In this document: positions 38,772 through 48,664 of the stretch, piece by piece
Layout of the letters: the number at the start of each line of letters is the position of its first letter
Numbering within the stretch: the first letter of the stretch is position 1
Assembly (NCBI GenBank): GCA_009859145.1
Contig: VRVR01000043.1
Coordinates: forward strand, 20,721-84,720
Reading direction: 5' to 3'
Length of the DNA: 64,000 nt
Origin: Andalucia godoyi And28
Taxonomy: Eukaryota > Protista > Jakobida
Position numbers and translations under genes: made by a program
Notes under the pieces: model-generated
The model's database searches: none
What the model was told of the DNA's origin: nothing
The model's input: only the letters and a program-made list of their open reading frames with translations

Positions 38772-38816
38772 CAGAAGCAGAAGCAGAAGCAGAAGCAGAA
38801 GCAGAAGCAGAAGCAG
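38772..38816. repeat. (CAGAAG)n hexanucleotide microsatellite
   Basis: About 7 tandem copies read directly, upstream of BBS7. Confidence 0.9.
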
Positions 38817-39106
38817 GGACCGCGCGCAGAAGATGGGATTTGAGAAAAGGAATGTTAATTAATTAATTAATAATAATAATAATTTAAAAAATATATAGAA
38901 ATAAAATAGAAAACGGACAGCAGCAAAAGAATAGGCAAAATGTCAGACTGTCTGAATTCAATGTTTAAAGGAAAGCGCCCTTACTTCAGCTTTCCTTTTC
39001 TTCTCTTCTCTTTCTATTTTCATTAGTTTAAATATTTTCTTCAAACATAAATTTATGTTTTCTCATATTTAATTTAATTTAAATTTTCAGAAAGAGGATT
39101 AAAAAT

Positions 39107-42100
39107 ATGGAGCTTTCGTTTCGACCGTTCTTCCTGTTCAAGTCTGCGTCGACGGAGCGAGGGACTCTCCGGCTTCTCCCTCCTGGTCGTAAGGGGACTC
39201 AAAAGGCTGTTCTTGGCGACTCGGAAGGCGTTCTCCATTCGTTTAAACTTGTTTTGAATCCGTCGACGGCCCAATCAAGTTCCAGTGTTCCTGACAAAGA
39301 TAGGGACAAACAGGCTGGTGGGTCGTCGATGGCGGCGAGGATTGGGAGTACGAATGTGTCTTGCAAGCAGTCGACAGTGTTCAAGACGCAGCCTGCGGCA
39401 GACCGACCGATTTCCCATGTTCGAATGGGGTTCTCAGTTGAGAAGATGATGGATGCGCCAGTGTCGGGATCTTCGTACCTGCGGAACGATCGTGCATTTG
39501 TGGTTTCGTCGGACGGAATGCTGCGCGGATACTCGAAAAAGGGAAAAGAGTTTTTCAAGATCGAGGCGTCGACAATGACGGAGAAGACGCGGGTTGCCGA
39601 GATTGCTCCGCCACATGTTCTTCTGGCGGGAGATTACATGCTTTCCGAGTGGACACAGAGCAAGGAAACGGCATTTTGGATGGCGCCGGATCGGATCAAC
39701 GACGTCCTGGCGCTCAGCTCCACAAAGTGCCTCGTGGCGTGTCATGACCGGATGATTCGGTGCATCGAGCACGGAAATCCGCTGTATGAAATCTCGACAG
39801 AAGGTCCGTGTGTGTCGCTTCTGTATGCTCTGCCAAGACCGTCGGCGCCTGCCAATGCGCGCCAGAATATTATTTATGCAACACAGTCGGGAGACGTCCG
39901 ATATCTCGAGTATGCTCCAGAGTATCAGGTCTATCGAAAGGGCTGGATTATCCCGGGTGCCATGCTGGGTGGACATCATGGATCGCGGGCCTCGATCACC
40001 TCGATGGATATGGCAGACATGACCCAGGATGGAACTGGCGACGTTGTGCTTGGATACGACGATGGAACGTTCCAGGTATTCTCATTCGATGTTGATATCG
40101 GCGATCCATTGCTCGCGTTTTCTTCGAGAAACACCTCAAAATTCCAATTGGAGGAGTGTATTACATCGGTGGCTGCTGGTGCATTTTCCACCAAGGACCC
40201 GTCGCACAGGGACGTGCTCGTTGCGTCGTTTTCTGGACGCGTGTTTGTGTATTCGACACGAAACGTCATGACGGAAGTGAAGGATATGGACTCGGTATCT
40301 ACGACTTCTTCATCCTCCATTATGTCAATTGGAAAGCCTAAAGAAGGTGCCCCGACACACCTCAATCCAACCGCGGATGCCGTGACCATGGAAAAGGACA
40401 ATGCTGCGGCGCTAGCTGCCCTTGCGATTCAGCAACGAGAACTGCAGGTCCGCGCTGACCAGGAACGAACTGCCGCTATTTCCCGGGCAGTTGGAGAATT
40501 AGAGGTGCTGCGCCAAGAAGTCGAGCAGAAGAAGGAAAAGGTTTTGAAAAAGGTTCAACAGGGCGTGATTGGACTCTCGACTGTCAAGTTCCGTGTTGTC
40601 CATCGTTTTGAGCTGGACCCGGATACTGCGACCTACACGCTGACTATCGATTGTGATATTCCAATTGAGCAAGTGCTCTTGCGAGCCGATGATTCTGCAT
40701 GCATTGACTTTGACCCTGCGTTTCGCGCCGGGTTTTCAACTGCAGTAACCGGCGGAAAGGCCAGCGCAGCCATGGGAACGAACATGGAGCAGGCGATCTT
40801 GTCAGAAACCCGAGAAGTTGTCGCAGGAGACGGCCTGGATCCGCTGTCAGGAGAGAAGCTTCATCGACTTGGATCGGAAGCTGCTGCGCAAGGAACAGCA
40901 GACGCAAACATTTCTGCAGCCGTATCGACATACATTGATAGCATGACAAAGCGCAAGCATCGTGGTATGTTGGCGTCTCTGCGGTTTCCGACTAATGAGC
41001 ATTATCGTATGCAAATCCGGTTCCGTGTCCAGGAATCCAGCGGAACGGATTTGCTCAAGGGTGTCGGTGGCATCGCGGAGATGCAAAGTGATGAATTGGG
41101 GAAGCTCATTGTTTTTGTTGTGCCGTATGCGTCGCCCAAGACTGCGGAGAGATTCGAGATTCCTGTGTATCCACTTTCACTGCACAATCGCTTGCTGATT
41201 GACGAGCAGAGAATGACCAACAAGATCGTGGACGACCAAAATGCGATCACGGAGTTCCCGCTGCCCCATGTCGCCGGTCCCCATCCGAGCCTTGACGAAT
41301 TTCCCAAGAATCGTCTTGTGCGATACGACGATCTGACAAGATATGTAGAAACATACGGGGCGTCTCTTCGCATTTCGACCGATATCAGCTTCGATGAACT
41401 GTATGGTTTGCTCCAGTCCTTGCTTCCTTCCTTTCCATCTAGACCACCTGCTGCTGACAACAATGCGACCCACGTCGCCTGGTTCCAATCAACATTTTTA
41501 CATACCCTTCTGCGCATTCGCATCTCCTCCTCCTCCTCCTCCTCCTCCTCCTCCTCCTCCTCCTCCTCCTCCTCCTCCTCCTCCTCTTCTCTTGGCGCTG
41601 CTGCAGGACCCAATTCATCCTCCTCCTCGTCGTCGTCATCTCCTGGAATTGACGTTGTGTGCGTTTCCGACAACGTCAACACGCTCATGACGATCCGATC
41701 GCATTTCTCGAGACTGGCAATGCGCAGGAAGCAGCGCGTGGACATGGCGCTTGACAAGTGCAAGGATGCAAACTTTGAGTATCTTGCCCGAATTCTCGAT
41801 CCATTGCTGAGCGAACAGCTGCTGCTTTCCAAGCGAGTGAAAGTGCTCGATGCACTCCAGGAAATCGTTGGTCATGAAACGGAATCCGCAGTGGTGGACG
41901 GCGAGTCTCTGTCGACGGGGAAACCTGCGGCATACTCCTTCTTGACACCCGACCTCATCGCCACAATTGAAAATGGAAGTGAGTACCGAGCGCGCTTCGC
42001 CATGCAGCCGCAACGCTGGCTCTACTTGTTTGACATCGCCGACGCACTGTGCATCAACCGCGGAAAGTGGAAAGGCAAGACCACCATTGACGGCCAGTCT

Positions 42101-42178
42101 AGATCAAGGCTTCTCCGCGTCCTCTCCCCGGACTCGTACTCTCTCGACACCTTCATCCAGTTCTTGAAGACCTCGTAA
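39107..42178 (+). CDS. BBS7: Bardet-Biedl syndrome 7 protein (BBSome subunit)
   Basis: TQKAVLGDSEGVL, LRGYSKKGKEFFKIE, DRINDVLAL, VACHDRMIR, DMTQDGTGDVVLGYDDG and VASFSGRV match the BBS7 beta-propeller; the C-terminal region is consistent. Confidence 0.9.
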   Translation: MELSFRPFFLFKSASTERGTLRLLPPGRKGTQKAVLGDSEGVLHSFKLVLNPSTAQSSSSVPDKDRDKQAGGSSMAARIGSTNVSCKQSTVFKTQPAADRPISHVRMGFSVEKMMDAPVSGSSYLRNDRAFVVSSDGMLRGYSKKGKEFFKIEASTMTEKTRVAEIAPPHVLLAGDYMLSEWTQSKETAFWMAPDRINDVLALSSTKCLVACHDRMIRCIEHGNPLYEISTEGPCVSLLYALPRPSAPANARQNIIYATQSGDVRYLEYAPEYQVYRKGWIIPGAMLGGHHGSRASITSMDMADMTQDGTGDVVLGYDDGTFQVFSFDVDIGDPLLAFSSRNTSKFQLEECITSVAAGAFSTKDPSHRDVLVASFSGRVFVYSTRNVMTEVKDMDSVSTTSSSSIMSIGKPKEGAPTHLNPTADAVTMEKDNAAALAALAIQQRELQVRADQERTAAISRAVGELEVLRQEVEQKKEKVLKKVQQGVIGLSTVKFRVVHRFELDPDTATYTLTIDCDIPIEQVLLRADDSACIDFDPAFRAGFSTAVTGGKASAAMGTNMEQAILSETREVVAGDGLDPLSGEKLHRLGSEAAAQGTADANISAAVSTYIDSMTKRKHRGMLASLRFPTNEHYRMQIRFRVQESSGTDLLKGVGGIAEMQSDELGKLIVFVVPYASPKTAERFEIPVYPLSLHNRLLIDEQRMTNKIVDDQNAITEFPLPHVAGPHPSLDEFPKNRLVRYDDLTRYVETYGASLRISTDISFDELYGLLQSLLPSFPSRPPAADNNATHVAWFQSTFLHTLLRIRISSSSSSSSSSSSSSSSSSSSSSLGAAAGPNSSSSSSSSSPGIDVVCVSDNVNTLMTIRSHFSRLAMRRKQRVDMALDKCKDANFEYLARILDPLLSEQLLLSKRVKVLDALQEIVGHETESAVVDGESLSTGKPAAYSFLTPDLIATIENGSEYRARFAMQPQRWLYLFDIADALCINRGKWKGKTTIDGQSRSRLLRVLSPDSYSLDTFIQFLKTS

Positions 42179-42300
42179 ACCGCACATCCTGCGCAATCCA
42201 GCAAATTATGCTGGCAACTTTTGAACCATCCTTATTGTGTTTTATTTCGTTTTCATCGTCTTTGAGCCTGATTCCCCCTTCTACACGATTGATTTTCGCA

Positions 42301-42622
42301 GGACCGTTGAATAATAACACGTCATTGTCATGCATATACGGAAGTATGCATAATCAGACACGGTCAATACTGGCCGACACTAGCACGTTTGTTTCACAGG
42401 GAATTCGTGCTTACGCACGCTCGTCCAAAACGTGCGGGCGCTGCGGTGAGATCCACGCACGTCGAGGCGGAAGCAGCAAAGTGTTTGCATGTCCCGCGTG
42501 CAGCTCACCGATTGATCGAGATTGGGAGCGGAGCGCGGAGCATTTATCTGAAGAACGCCGAGAAGCGTGTTGGGGCCTATCCTCTTCCCGGCAACGGGAT
42601 GCATGTTCAGTGTATAACGTAG
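42301..42622 (+). mobile_element. Degenerate non-autonomous TnpB/Fanzor2-like mini-element (5' end segment plus 3' coding remnant)
   Basis: SKTCGRCGEIH...KVFACPACSSPIDRDW at 42424-42525, then a +1 frameshift into SGARSIYLKN. This matches the TnpB/Fanzor Zn-ribbon plus RuvC-III consensus (T)SKTCxxCG...CxxC...DRDxNGARNI. 42301-42423 is repeated at 60501-60625. Confidence 0.75.
42424..42622 (+). pseudogene. TnpB/Fanzor C-terminal pseudogene fragment
   Basis: Four Zn-binding Cys and the DRD motif are retained. There is an extra G at about 42526 and no RuvC-I/II region upstream. Confidence 0.75.
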
Positions 42623-42901
42623 GCAGCTGCCATGCACCATTGCAATAGTATCAATTAGAACCAATCAGCATTGATGCAGTGCATCGCAGGTCTCATTTCC
42701 TTGTCATTGCAGTCCGGCAGCTCTGACATTCTGCGTTGCTGACTTCTTGACTTCCTCCTGTACGTTCTACAGTATGAGTCTGCGAGCACCTGGACTATTG
42801 GGGATTTTCCCCCCGATTTTTCCTTTCTGTTTCTACGTGTTGTTGCCTGTATTTTGTCAGACGGGTGAAGCTACTTGTGTTGTTGTTTTTGGAGCTTGGA
42901 A

Positions 42902-44434
42902 ATGCGCAGAAACAAGAGAAGCAGGCGTGGGGAGTCGCGTGACTCTGACGGTGGCGGCGATGACAATGACGATGACTCTCGATCAGTGTCATCCGGAACG
43001 TCCAACTCCAACAACAGCGCTGGCGGTGGACGCCTGAACCGGACAGTGTCGTCGTCGGATCCTGAGCAGCCGTCGCCATCGCCGTTTGGAAAGACGCGGA
43101 GTGAGCCGCCATCGGCGGGCGGCGAGGCTGCGTCGGAAGAAAGTGTGCTGCAGTCGATCTCCGAGTACATTGCAGATCGCGAGAAGGGAATTCGGAAGGC
43201 GAATCTTGATATATTGGTGCAGACGCTGTCACGATCTGTGGTTCCCGAGTCAAAGGTTCCGTGCGACATCGAAAAAGATCTGCTGAAATGCATCCGGAAG
43301 GACTATGAGGACACGTTTGATCTTGCGTGGAAAGCTGCGGGTGTGTTTTCGATTTCCGTGGATGACGAGTCGCGGTGTTCCGAGCTGTTTTCGCTGCTTT
43401 CGTCGCGCATGTGGAACCCAGGACACGTCCCGCGTGTGTCCGAGTCACTTACGTATGCGCTTTTCCATGTGCAGTATGCCGAAACCATTTCGGATTTTGA
43501 CGGGCTGGAGCAGCTTCTCGAGCGGGTCCAAGCACACGGAAGCTCCGAGGCGCTCGAGGCAGCCCTAACGGTATATGCGGCTGCGCTGTGCAAGATTGAG
43601 CCGCGAACGCTCGCAGAAGACGCGATCCGCATCCTCGTTGAAGCACACGTGTCGCCATTTCTCGACCATTCCAAAAGCGTGGACGTGCGCATTGCAGCCG
43701 GAAAATGCCTTGCGCTCGTGTATGAGGCATACTGGGCACGGTATGGTCTGCGGACTAAGCGCGGAGCCACCGAAACTGCAGCGAGGTCAAAAGATGATGG
43801 TATCAAACGGCGTGGGAGACCAAACACGGAAAAATGGACCAAGGATCTTGGCGAAGATTATCAAGATCATGACGCTGATGGTCGTGGTGATGATGGTGAT
43901 GATGATGAACACGTCGAAGAGAATGGAAAGGGGAGAGAGAGAGAAGGAGAAAGGGAAGAGGACGATGAAGAGGATGAAGAGGCGGTGGTGGCGCGGCGGC
44001 TTCGAAAGAGCGGACGGCATGTGAATGAAGAGTTGCTGGAGAAGCTAGATGATCTTGCATCGGACAACGCAAAGTCAAAATCCAAGGACGCCAAGAAGGA
44101 GCAGCGAAGAGTGTTTCGGCTGGTGTTGGAGACTGTGGAAGGATATGCGCCTGCGGATCTCGATGACCAAGTGTATGTTTTCAATGTCCAAGTGCCGATG
44201 AACTCGTGGAGAAGGCAGTTGTTGTGGGCTCTAGTGTCGCGGTTCTTGGCCGATGGAGTCAATGTCCATCTGCAGCAAAACCCATTTCTCCACTCCCTCT
44301 TTGATCTCTCGCGTTCAGACATTGCGGCCCTTGCCACCCCGTCCAAACTCGTCCGCTCGAAATCAGACTCCAAGAGCGCCCACTTGCGCGACCGCCGCTC
44401 CGCCGCCTCCTTTGAATCTTCATGGGATCACTAG
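42902..44434 (+). CDS. IFRD1: Interferon-related developmental regulator (IFRD) family protein
   Basis: VRIAAGKCLALVYE, KDAKKEQRRVFRLVL and MNSWRRQLL...GVNVHLQQNPFLHSLFDL match the IFRD core and C-terminus; ATG 42902. Confidence 0.8.
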   Translation: MRRNKRSRRGESRDSDGGGDDNDDDSRSVSSGTSNSNNSAGGGRLNRTVSSSDPEQPSPSPFGKTRSEPPSAGGEAASEESVLQSISEYIADREKGIRKANLDILVQTLSRSVVPESKVPCDIEKDLLKCIRKDYEDTFDLAWKAAGVFSISVDDESRCSELFSLLSSRMWNPGHVPRVSESLTYALFHVQYAETISDFDGLEQLLERVQAHGSSEALEAALTVYAAALCKIEPRTLAEDAIRILVEAHVSPFLDHSKSVDVRIAAGKCLALVYEAYWARYGLRTKRGATETAARSKDDGIKRRGRPNTEKWTKDLGEDYQDHDADGRGDDGDDDEHVEENGKGREREGEREEDDEEDEEAVVARRLRKSGRHVNEELLEKLDDLASDNAKSKSKDAKKEQRRVFRLVLETVEGYAPADLDDQVYVFNVQVPMNSWRRQLLWALVSRFLADGVNVHLQQNPFLHSLFDLSRSDIAALATPSKLVRSKSDSKSAHLRDRRSAASFESSWDH

Positions 44435-44623
44435 CAGGCACGCACTGGTCGCGGTCGTGGCTGCGTGTTTGGCTTCTGTTTCTTATATAAACACAAAAGA
44501 GGCTACACTGTTTTCTGTTTTCCTGTTTTCCTGTTTTCCTGTTTTTTCTGTTTTGTTTGCTTGTTTGTTTGTCTTGTTTTTTATAATTTAAATTGCGGAC
44601 ACCATGACAGCAGCGGTCGTAGA

Positions 44624-45106
44624 TCACGTTTCTTGGTCTTGGGAGACCATGCAGCAGGCGGGGAGGTCGGAGCAGAACGGCGGAGACAGAGTCTTTGCGC
44701 ACCGACAAACCGCGACCATCTCGTCCTTTGAGAACTCGACAGCGAACCGGCGGTCCTTGCATACCGGGTGGTCGTGGTCCGAGTCGCAGTACGGGAAAGT
44801 CGACGAGGCCATGCACTGGCAAAAGACGCGCTTGGCGCCGTTTTTTTCCGCGTAGAGGAGCGGGAGATTGACGAATTGATGCCGCTCAGCATTGGACGCA
44901 GCATCGAAGCACGGCTCGACGGCCGTACACAGCGGCTGCGGCGGCATCGGAAATTTCGCGAGGAGGCTTCCTGATGCAGAAAGTTGATGTCTGTCATCGC
45001 CGCCCAGCCATTCCAGAAACGATGCGTCCTGGCACTCGGACATGTGCGACATTCGCCACCGCGCCGAACTCTCCTCGACAGCAGCAGCAGCATCAACTGC
45101 CGCCGA

Positions 45107-45138
<32 letters not shown>

Positions 45139-45208
45139 AGAACAATCGGAACCCAGACCGACAGTGCGCCAGTTTGAGCGCTCTAAACGTCATCAACCGC
45201 ACTCGCAT
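44624..45208 (-). CDS. CISD3: Mitochondrial CDGSH iron-sulfur protein with two CDGSH-type motifs (CISD3/MiNT-like)
   Basis: Arg/Ser-rich presequence-like N-terminus; CQCMASSTFPYCDSDH and CRCAKTLSPPFCSD motifs. Confidence 0.7.
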
Positions 45209-46123
45209 CCATCAAACCCTGTTTGTCTTGTCCTGCCTTGTCTTCCTTTTATCTCTTGTTCTTTTGTTCTTTCTGCTTTGGGTTCTGTTTGTTGTTGTTG
45301 TTGTTGTTGATGTTTTTTTACGACCTGCGGCACGTGATCAAAGATGATACATACGAAAAGACTCGCTCGTTTGGAGGCGGGACTTGGGGGGATGACATCG
45401 ATAGATCGGAAAAGGAAAAAAAGATTTCAAGCAACGTACAGCAGTTTCAATGCATGAAGCAGGGATTCGGCAAGTGGGCATTCGGCAATCCCAATATGGT
45501 AATGCGGGAAATTCCTCATTTTTTTTGTCTTGATGCTGTGTGATTTTGTGAAACTGGAAGACGGAATCTGCCCGAAATCCAAGCTGGGCAAAAATCGAAT
45601 CCAACTTCCACAACAAGAAACATGTGTGATGGACGTCCCAGTTTCCGGGCCATCAGCACCCGTCAACCTCGACTGAATTTCTTGCAAAACTTGAGAACAG
45701 TGGATGGAAAACAGCTCCGACGGCAGCGAGAAACACTTGCCTTATCTGGAGACACAGTCGGCAAAACAAACCAAGGCACCCCGCGAATCCCCCAATATGC
45801 CGAACTGTCCGAGCAATATGTAACTTCCTGTCCGTCACTTTTGTACTGCCGTTTGAGCACAAGGACAATCCATACCCGATTACCCTACAACGAATTTTTA
45901 TTAGTCCCCCAGCCATTTAAATCGCGCGATCCTATCTTCTTCCGCATCCTTCATCTGTTCCTTCGTGAAGCATTCCCGCTATGCTTTCTTTTTAGGATAA
46001 TTCTCTTTCTAAATTCATTTTTTTTTTCACTTTCTTTGGCAGCTCGAAAAAGTCTTCACTTCTCTCTGTCCTTGTACGAGGAAGTTCGAAAACAGTCAAA
46101 AAAATAGAAAACAGTGGAAGGCG

Positions 46124-48664
46124 GTGAGGATGCAGATGAAGCGAAGGCGAGTGTGGATCGTGGTGGCGGGTGCACTATTCCTTGTTTTTGCGGCAGTGCT
46201 CTCTCTGCACCCGCCGAGTCGATCCGCAATCACAGCGGATGCAGATGCCATCGTTCTCACAACAACGACAACGAGTCCGATGATAACGAGTCCGCCGATG
46301 GTGGAAAGTGTGGGGCAGGTGTGGCCGCAGGAGGCGGGACAAGTGTTTCGATTTCCTGGTGTTTCGGCGGTCGATCTTCTGGCGTCGTTGCCGAACGCGC
46401 CACATTCGCTGCTGAAGAGCCTGCGGACACACCACGATGCATCAAGAATGCAGAATGCTATCCGCGAAGATATCTTGGCTGGTGCTTCAGCTGTGCAGTC
46501 ACCACACATCAGGCTCTTCTCGATCAATGACTCTATACCATCCTCTAACTCTTCCATCAGCAGCAATGCCAATAGCACGGACACCGCCTCTGGCCCTCTC
46601 AGTTGCTCCAACTCGTCGTCCTGCACCTGCTCGAACGAGACTCTCTGTAGCAACGGTACTCTCTGCAACTCGTCTTGCACCTACTCGAACGAGACTCTCT
46701 GCAGCAATGTTACTCTCTGCAACTCATCCTGCACCTGCTCGAACGAGACTCTCTGCAGCAACGGTACTCTCTGCAACTCGTCTTGCACCTGCTCGAACGA
46801 AACTCTCTGCAGCAACGGTACTCTCTGCAACTCGTCTTGCACCTGCTCGAACGAGACTCTCTGCAGCAACGGTACTCTCTGCAACTCATCCTGCACCTGC
46901 TCGAACGAAACTCTCTGCAGCAACGGTACTCTCTGCAACTCGTCTTGCACCTGCTCGAACGAAACTCTCTGCAGCAATGTTACTCTCTGCAACTCATCCT
47001 GCACCTGCTCAAACGAGACTCTCTGCAGCAACGGTACTCTCTGCAACTCGTCTTGCACCTGCTCGAACGAAACTCTCTGTAGCAACGGTACCCTTGGCAA
47101 CTCGTCGACACCTGCGAACGGGTCTCTGTATGAGTTTCAGACGTTTGAATTCCAGAAACCATCTGCTCTTCCGGGCCAGACGCGCGGCCGAATCCGTATG
47201 GCTGGATCAGCACAGCCAGGGTTTGTCCAGTACCAGTTTCGAATGCAGTTTGACCCGTCTACGATCTTTCGGTTCGATATAGCGCCGAGGATGGACTGGG
47301 GCACAGCGTTTGTGTGGCATTCAGACCCTCGCTCCTCGGCTGTGAACAATGCGCGCGTGTATTTCCCGCCGGCACTTGGATGGTGGACTGTCACGGTCGA
47401 GATTGTGCATCCTGCAACAGTCGCAGAACCGTTCATCACTGCGGATCTCGTTCTCACTTCTGACCCATTGCCTCCAGTCACTCAAGTGTTTTGCATGGGT
47501 TGGAAAACGGATTCGCAATATGTGAATCCTAAGACTGTCCTCTTCATGGTCTACTTCGATGGGTGGCACTCGTCATTTTCTTCCTCCTCCTCCAATAGCG
47601 ATGGGAACTGGATGGATGTGCTGAACGAAGTGGTGTTTACACCATCGATGGGTCGGTGGATGCCGGGGGCCGGATCTGTTGGCCGTCGCTTGCTGCCGAT
47701 GATGACGCGCCGATGGGTACCGCAGGCGGGCCAGAATGCGTGGGAACCCACCACGATTGACATCCGAAGAACGGCTATTATGGTGGTAGACCCGTGGAAT
47801 GGCGGTAATGGCATCTTCTCTGCAGCGCTGAATGCATTCTTGGAACGAGCACGGGAAACGGGACTGTTGGTCATTCTGGCACCTGGTAATCTTGCCGACA
47901 AGTACATGGGTACGGAGGGAACGTTTGGTGCGTATGCTGCGCAGTACGTGTTCTATCCGGGATTTGACGAGGATTTACAGCCAAATGTGAACCTGGGGCT
48001 TGCTCGTGCGCAGTCTGTCGCCGAATGCCGTGGGCAGCAAGTGTCGTCTCCTGGCTGTGCTGCGATTCTAGCGCCTTGGCCCGGAGTGGGCGATCCAGAT
48101 TTTGAAGCATTCGTGAACGGTAGCAATTCGGGCCAATCGACAAGCGGCAACATCACTGTTGGTGGGCTGAACGCAACTGTGAACGGAACCGCGAACGGGA
48201 ACGAAACCACAGACGGGGCGAGTCGGTGGATGAGGCCAGAGGATGTGGCCCGTGGAGTGATGAAGGTGTCGCAGTTTGGACGACCATCATGTCCGTACGA
48301 GAACGACCCCGAGCATATGCAGCGCAGTATTTCAGATGTCTTTACTTGGCACCGGATCAACAAGTGCATACGCATCGACAATGATGATGTGGTGATTGAG
48401 CACACGCGGCCATTCCAGGCGCTTCTGCAGTTCTACAACATCGACAATGTTATCATTGCTGGTGGCGCACTGCAGCAATGCATCGTCGGCAGAAACACTG
48501 GTCTGGTTGCTCTCCACATGATCGGAAAACGGATTATTCTTGCACGTGACTACATAGTGGATATTGACGATTCATACGAAAGTAAGGACGATATCATGCG
48601 GTCACTCGAGAAGCTTTACAATGTCGAGACCGTCGACATCCGAGGAATCGGAATGCCGTTCTGA
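46124..48664 (+). CDS. Signal-anchored glycoprotein with Cys/Asn tandem repeat and C-terminal isochorismatase-like (cysteine hydrolase) domain
   Basis: N-terminal TM (VWIVVAGALFLVFAAVLSL). RTAIMVVDPW, LLVILAP and NVIIAGGALQQCIVGR...IILARD match the cysteine-hydrolase fold. Confidence 0.7.
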   Translation: MRMQMKRRRVWIVVAGALFLVFAAVLSLHPPSRSAITADADAIVLTTTTTSPMITSPPMVESVGQVWPQEAGQVFRFPGVSAVDLLASLPNAPHSLLKSLRTHHDASRMQNAIREDILAGASAVQSPHIRLFSINDSIPSSNSSISSNANSTDTASGPLSCSNSSSCTCSNETLCSNGTLCNSSCTYSNETLCSNVTLCNSSCTCSNETLCSNGTLCNSSCTCSNETLCSNGTLCNSSCTCSNETLCSNGTLCNSSCTCSNETLCSNGTLCNSSCTCSNETLCSNVTLCNSSCTCSNETLCSNGTLCNSSCTCSNETLCSNGTLGNSSTPANGSLYEFQTFEFQKPSALPGQTRGRIRMAGSAQPGFVQYQFRMQFDPSTIFRFDIAPRMDWGTAFVWHSDPRSSAVNNARVYFPPALGWWTVTVEIVHPATVAEPFITADLVLTSDPLPPVTQVFCMGWKTDSQYVNPKTVLFMVYFDGWHSSFSSSSSNSDGNWMDVLNEVVFTPSMGRWMPGAGSVGRRLLPMMTRRWVPQAGQNAWEPTTIDIRRTAIMVVDPWNGGNGIFSAALNAFLERARETGLLVILAPGNLADKYMGTEGTFGAYAAQYVFYPGFDEDLQPNVNLGLARAQSVAECRGQQVSSPGCAAILAPWPGVGDPDFEAFVNGSNSGQSTSGNITVGGLNATVNGTANGNETTDGASRWMRPEDVARGVMKVSQFGRPSCPYENDPEHMQRSISDVFTWHRINKCIRIDNDDVVIEHTRPFQALLQFYNIDNVIIAGGALQQCIVGRNTGLVALHMIGKRIILARDYIVDIDDSYESKDDIMRSLEKLYNVETVDIRGIGMPF
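46622..47107 (+). repeat. 54-bp coding minisatellite, 9 copies (CTCSNETLCSNGTLCNSS)
   Basis: Unit tgcacctgctcgaacgagactctctgcagcaacggtactctctgcaactcgtct, starting at 46622, 46676 ... 47054, with few substitutions. Confidence 0.95.

Noticed and set aside
42208-42648. 146-aa ORF as a real gene
   Set aside because: A TTG-started chimera of intergenic DNA, the repeat segment and the frameshifted TnpB-like remnant.
45338-45990. Short ORFs in the divergent spacer between the CDGSH and repeat-protein genes
   Set aside because: Under 100 aa, mutually overlapping, with no recognisable domain or consistent splice model.
46622-47107. Regularly spaced repeats suggesting a CRISPR array
   Set aside because: Contiguous 54-bp units with no unique spacers, in frame within a eukaryotic CDS; no cas genes.
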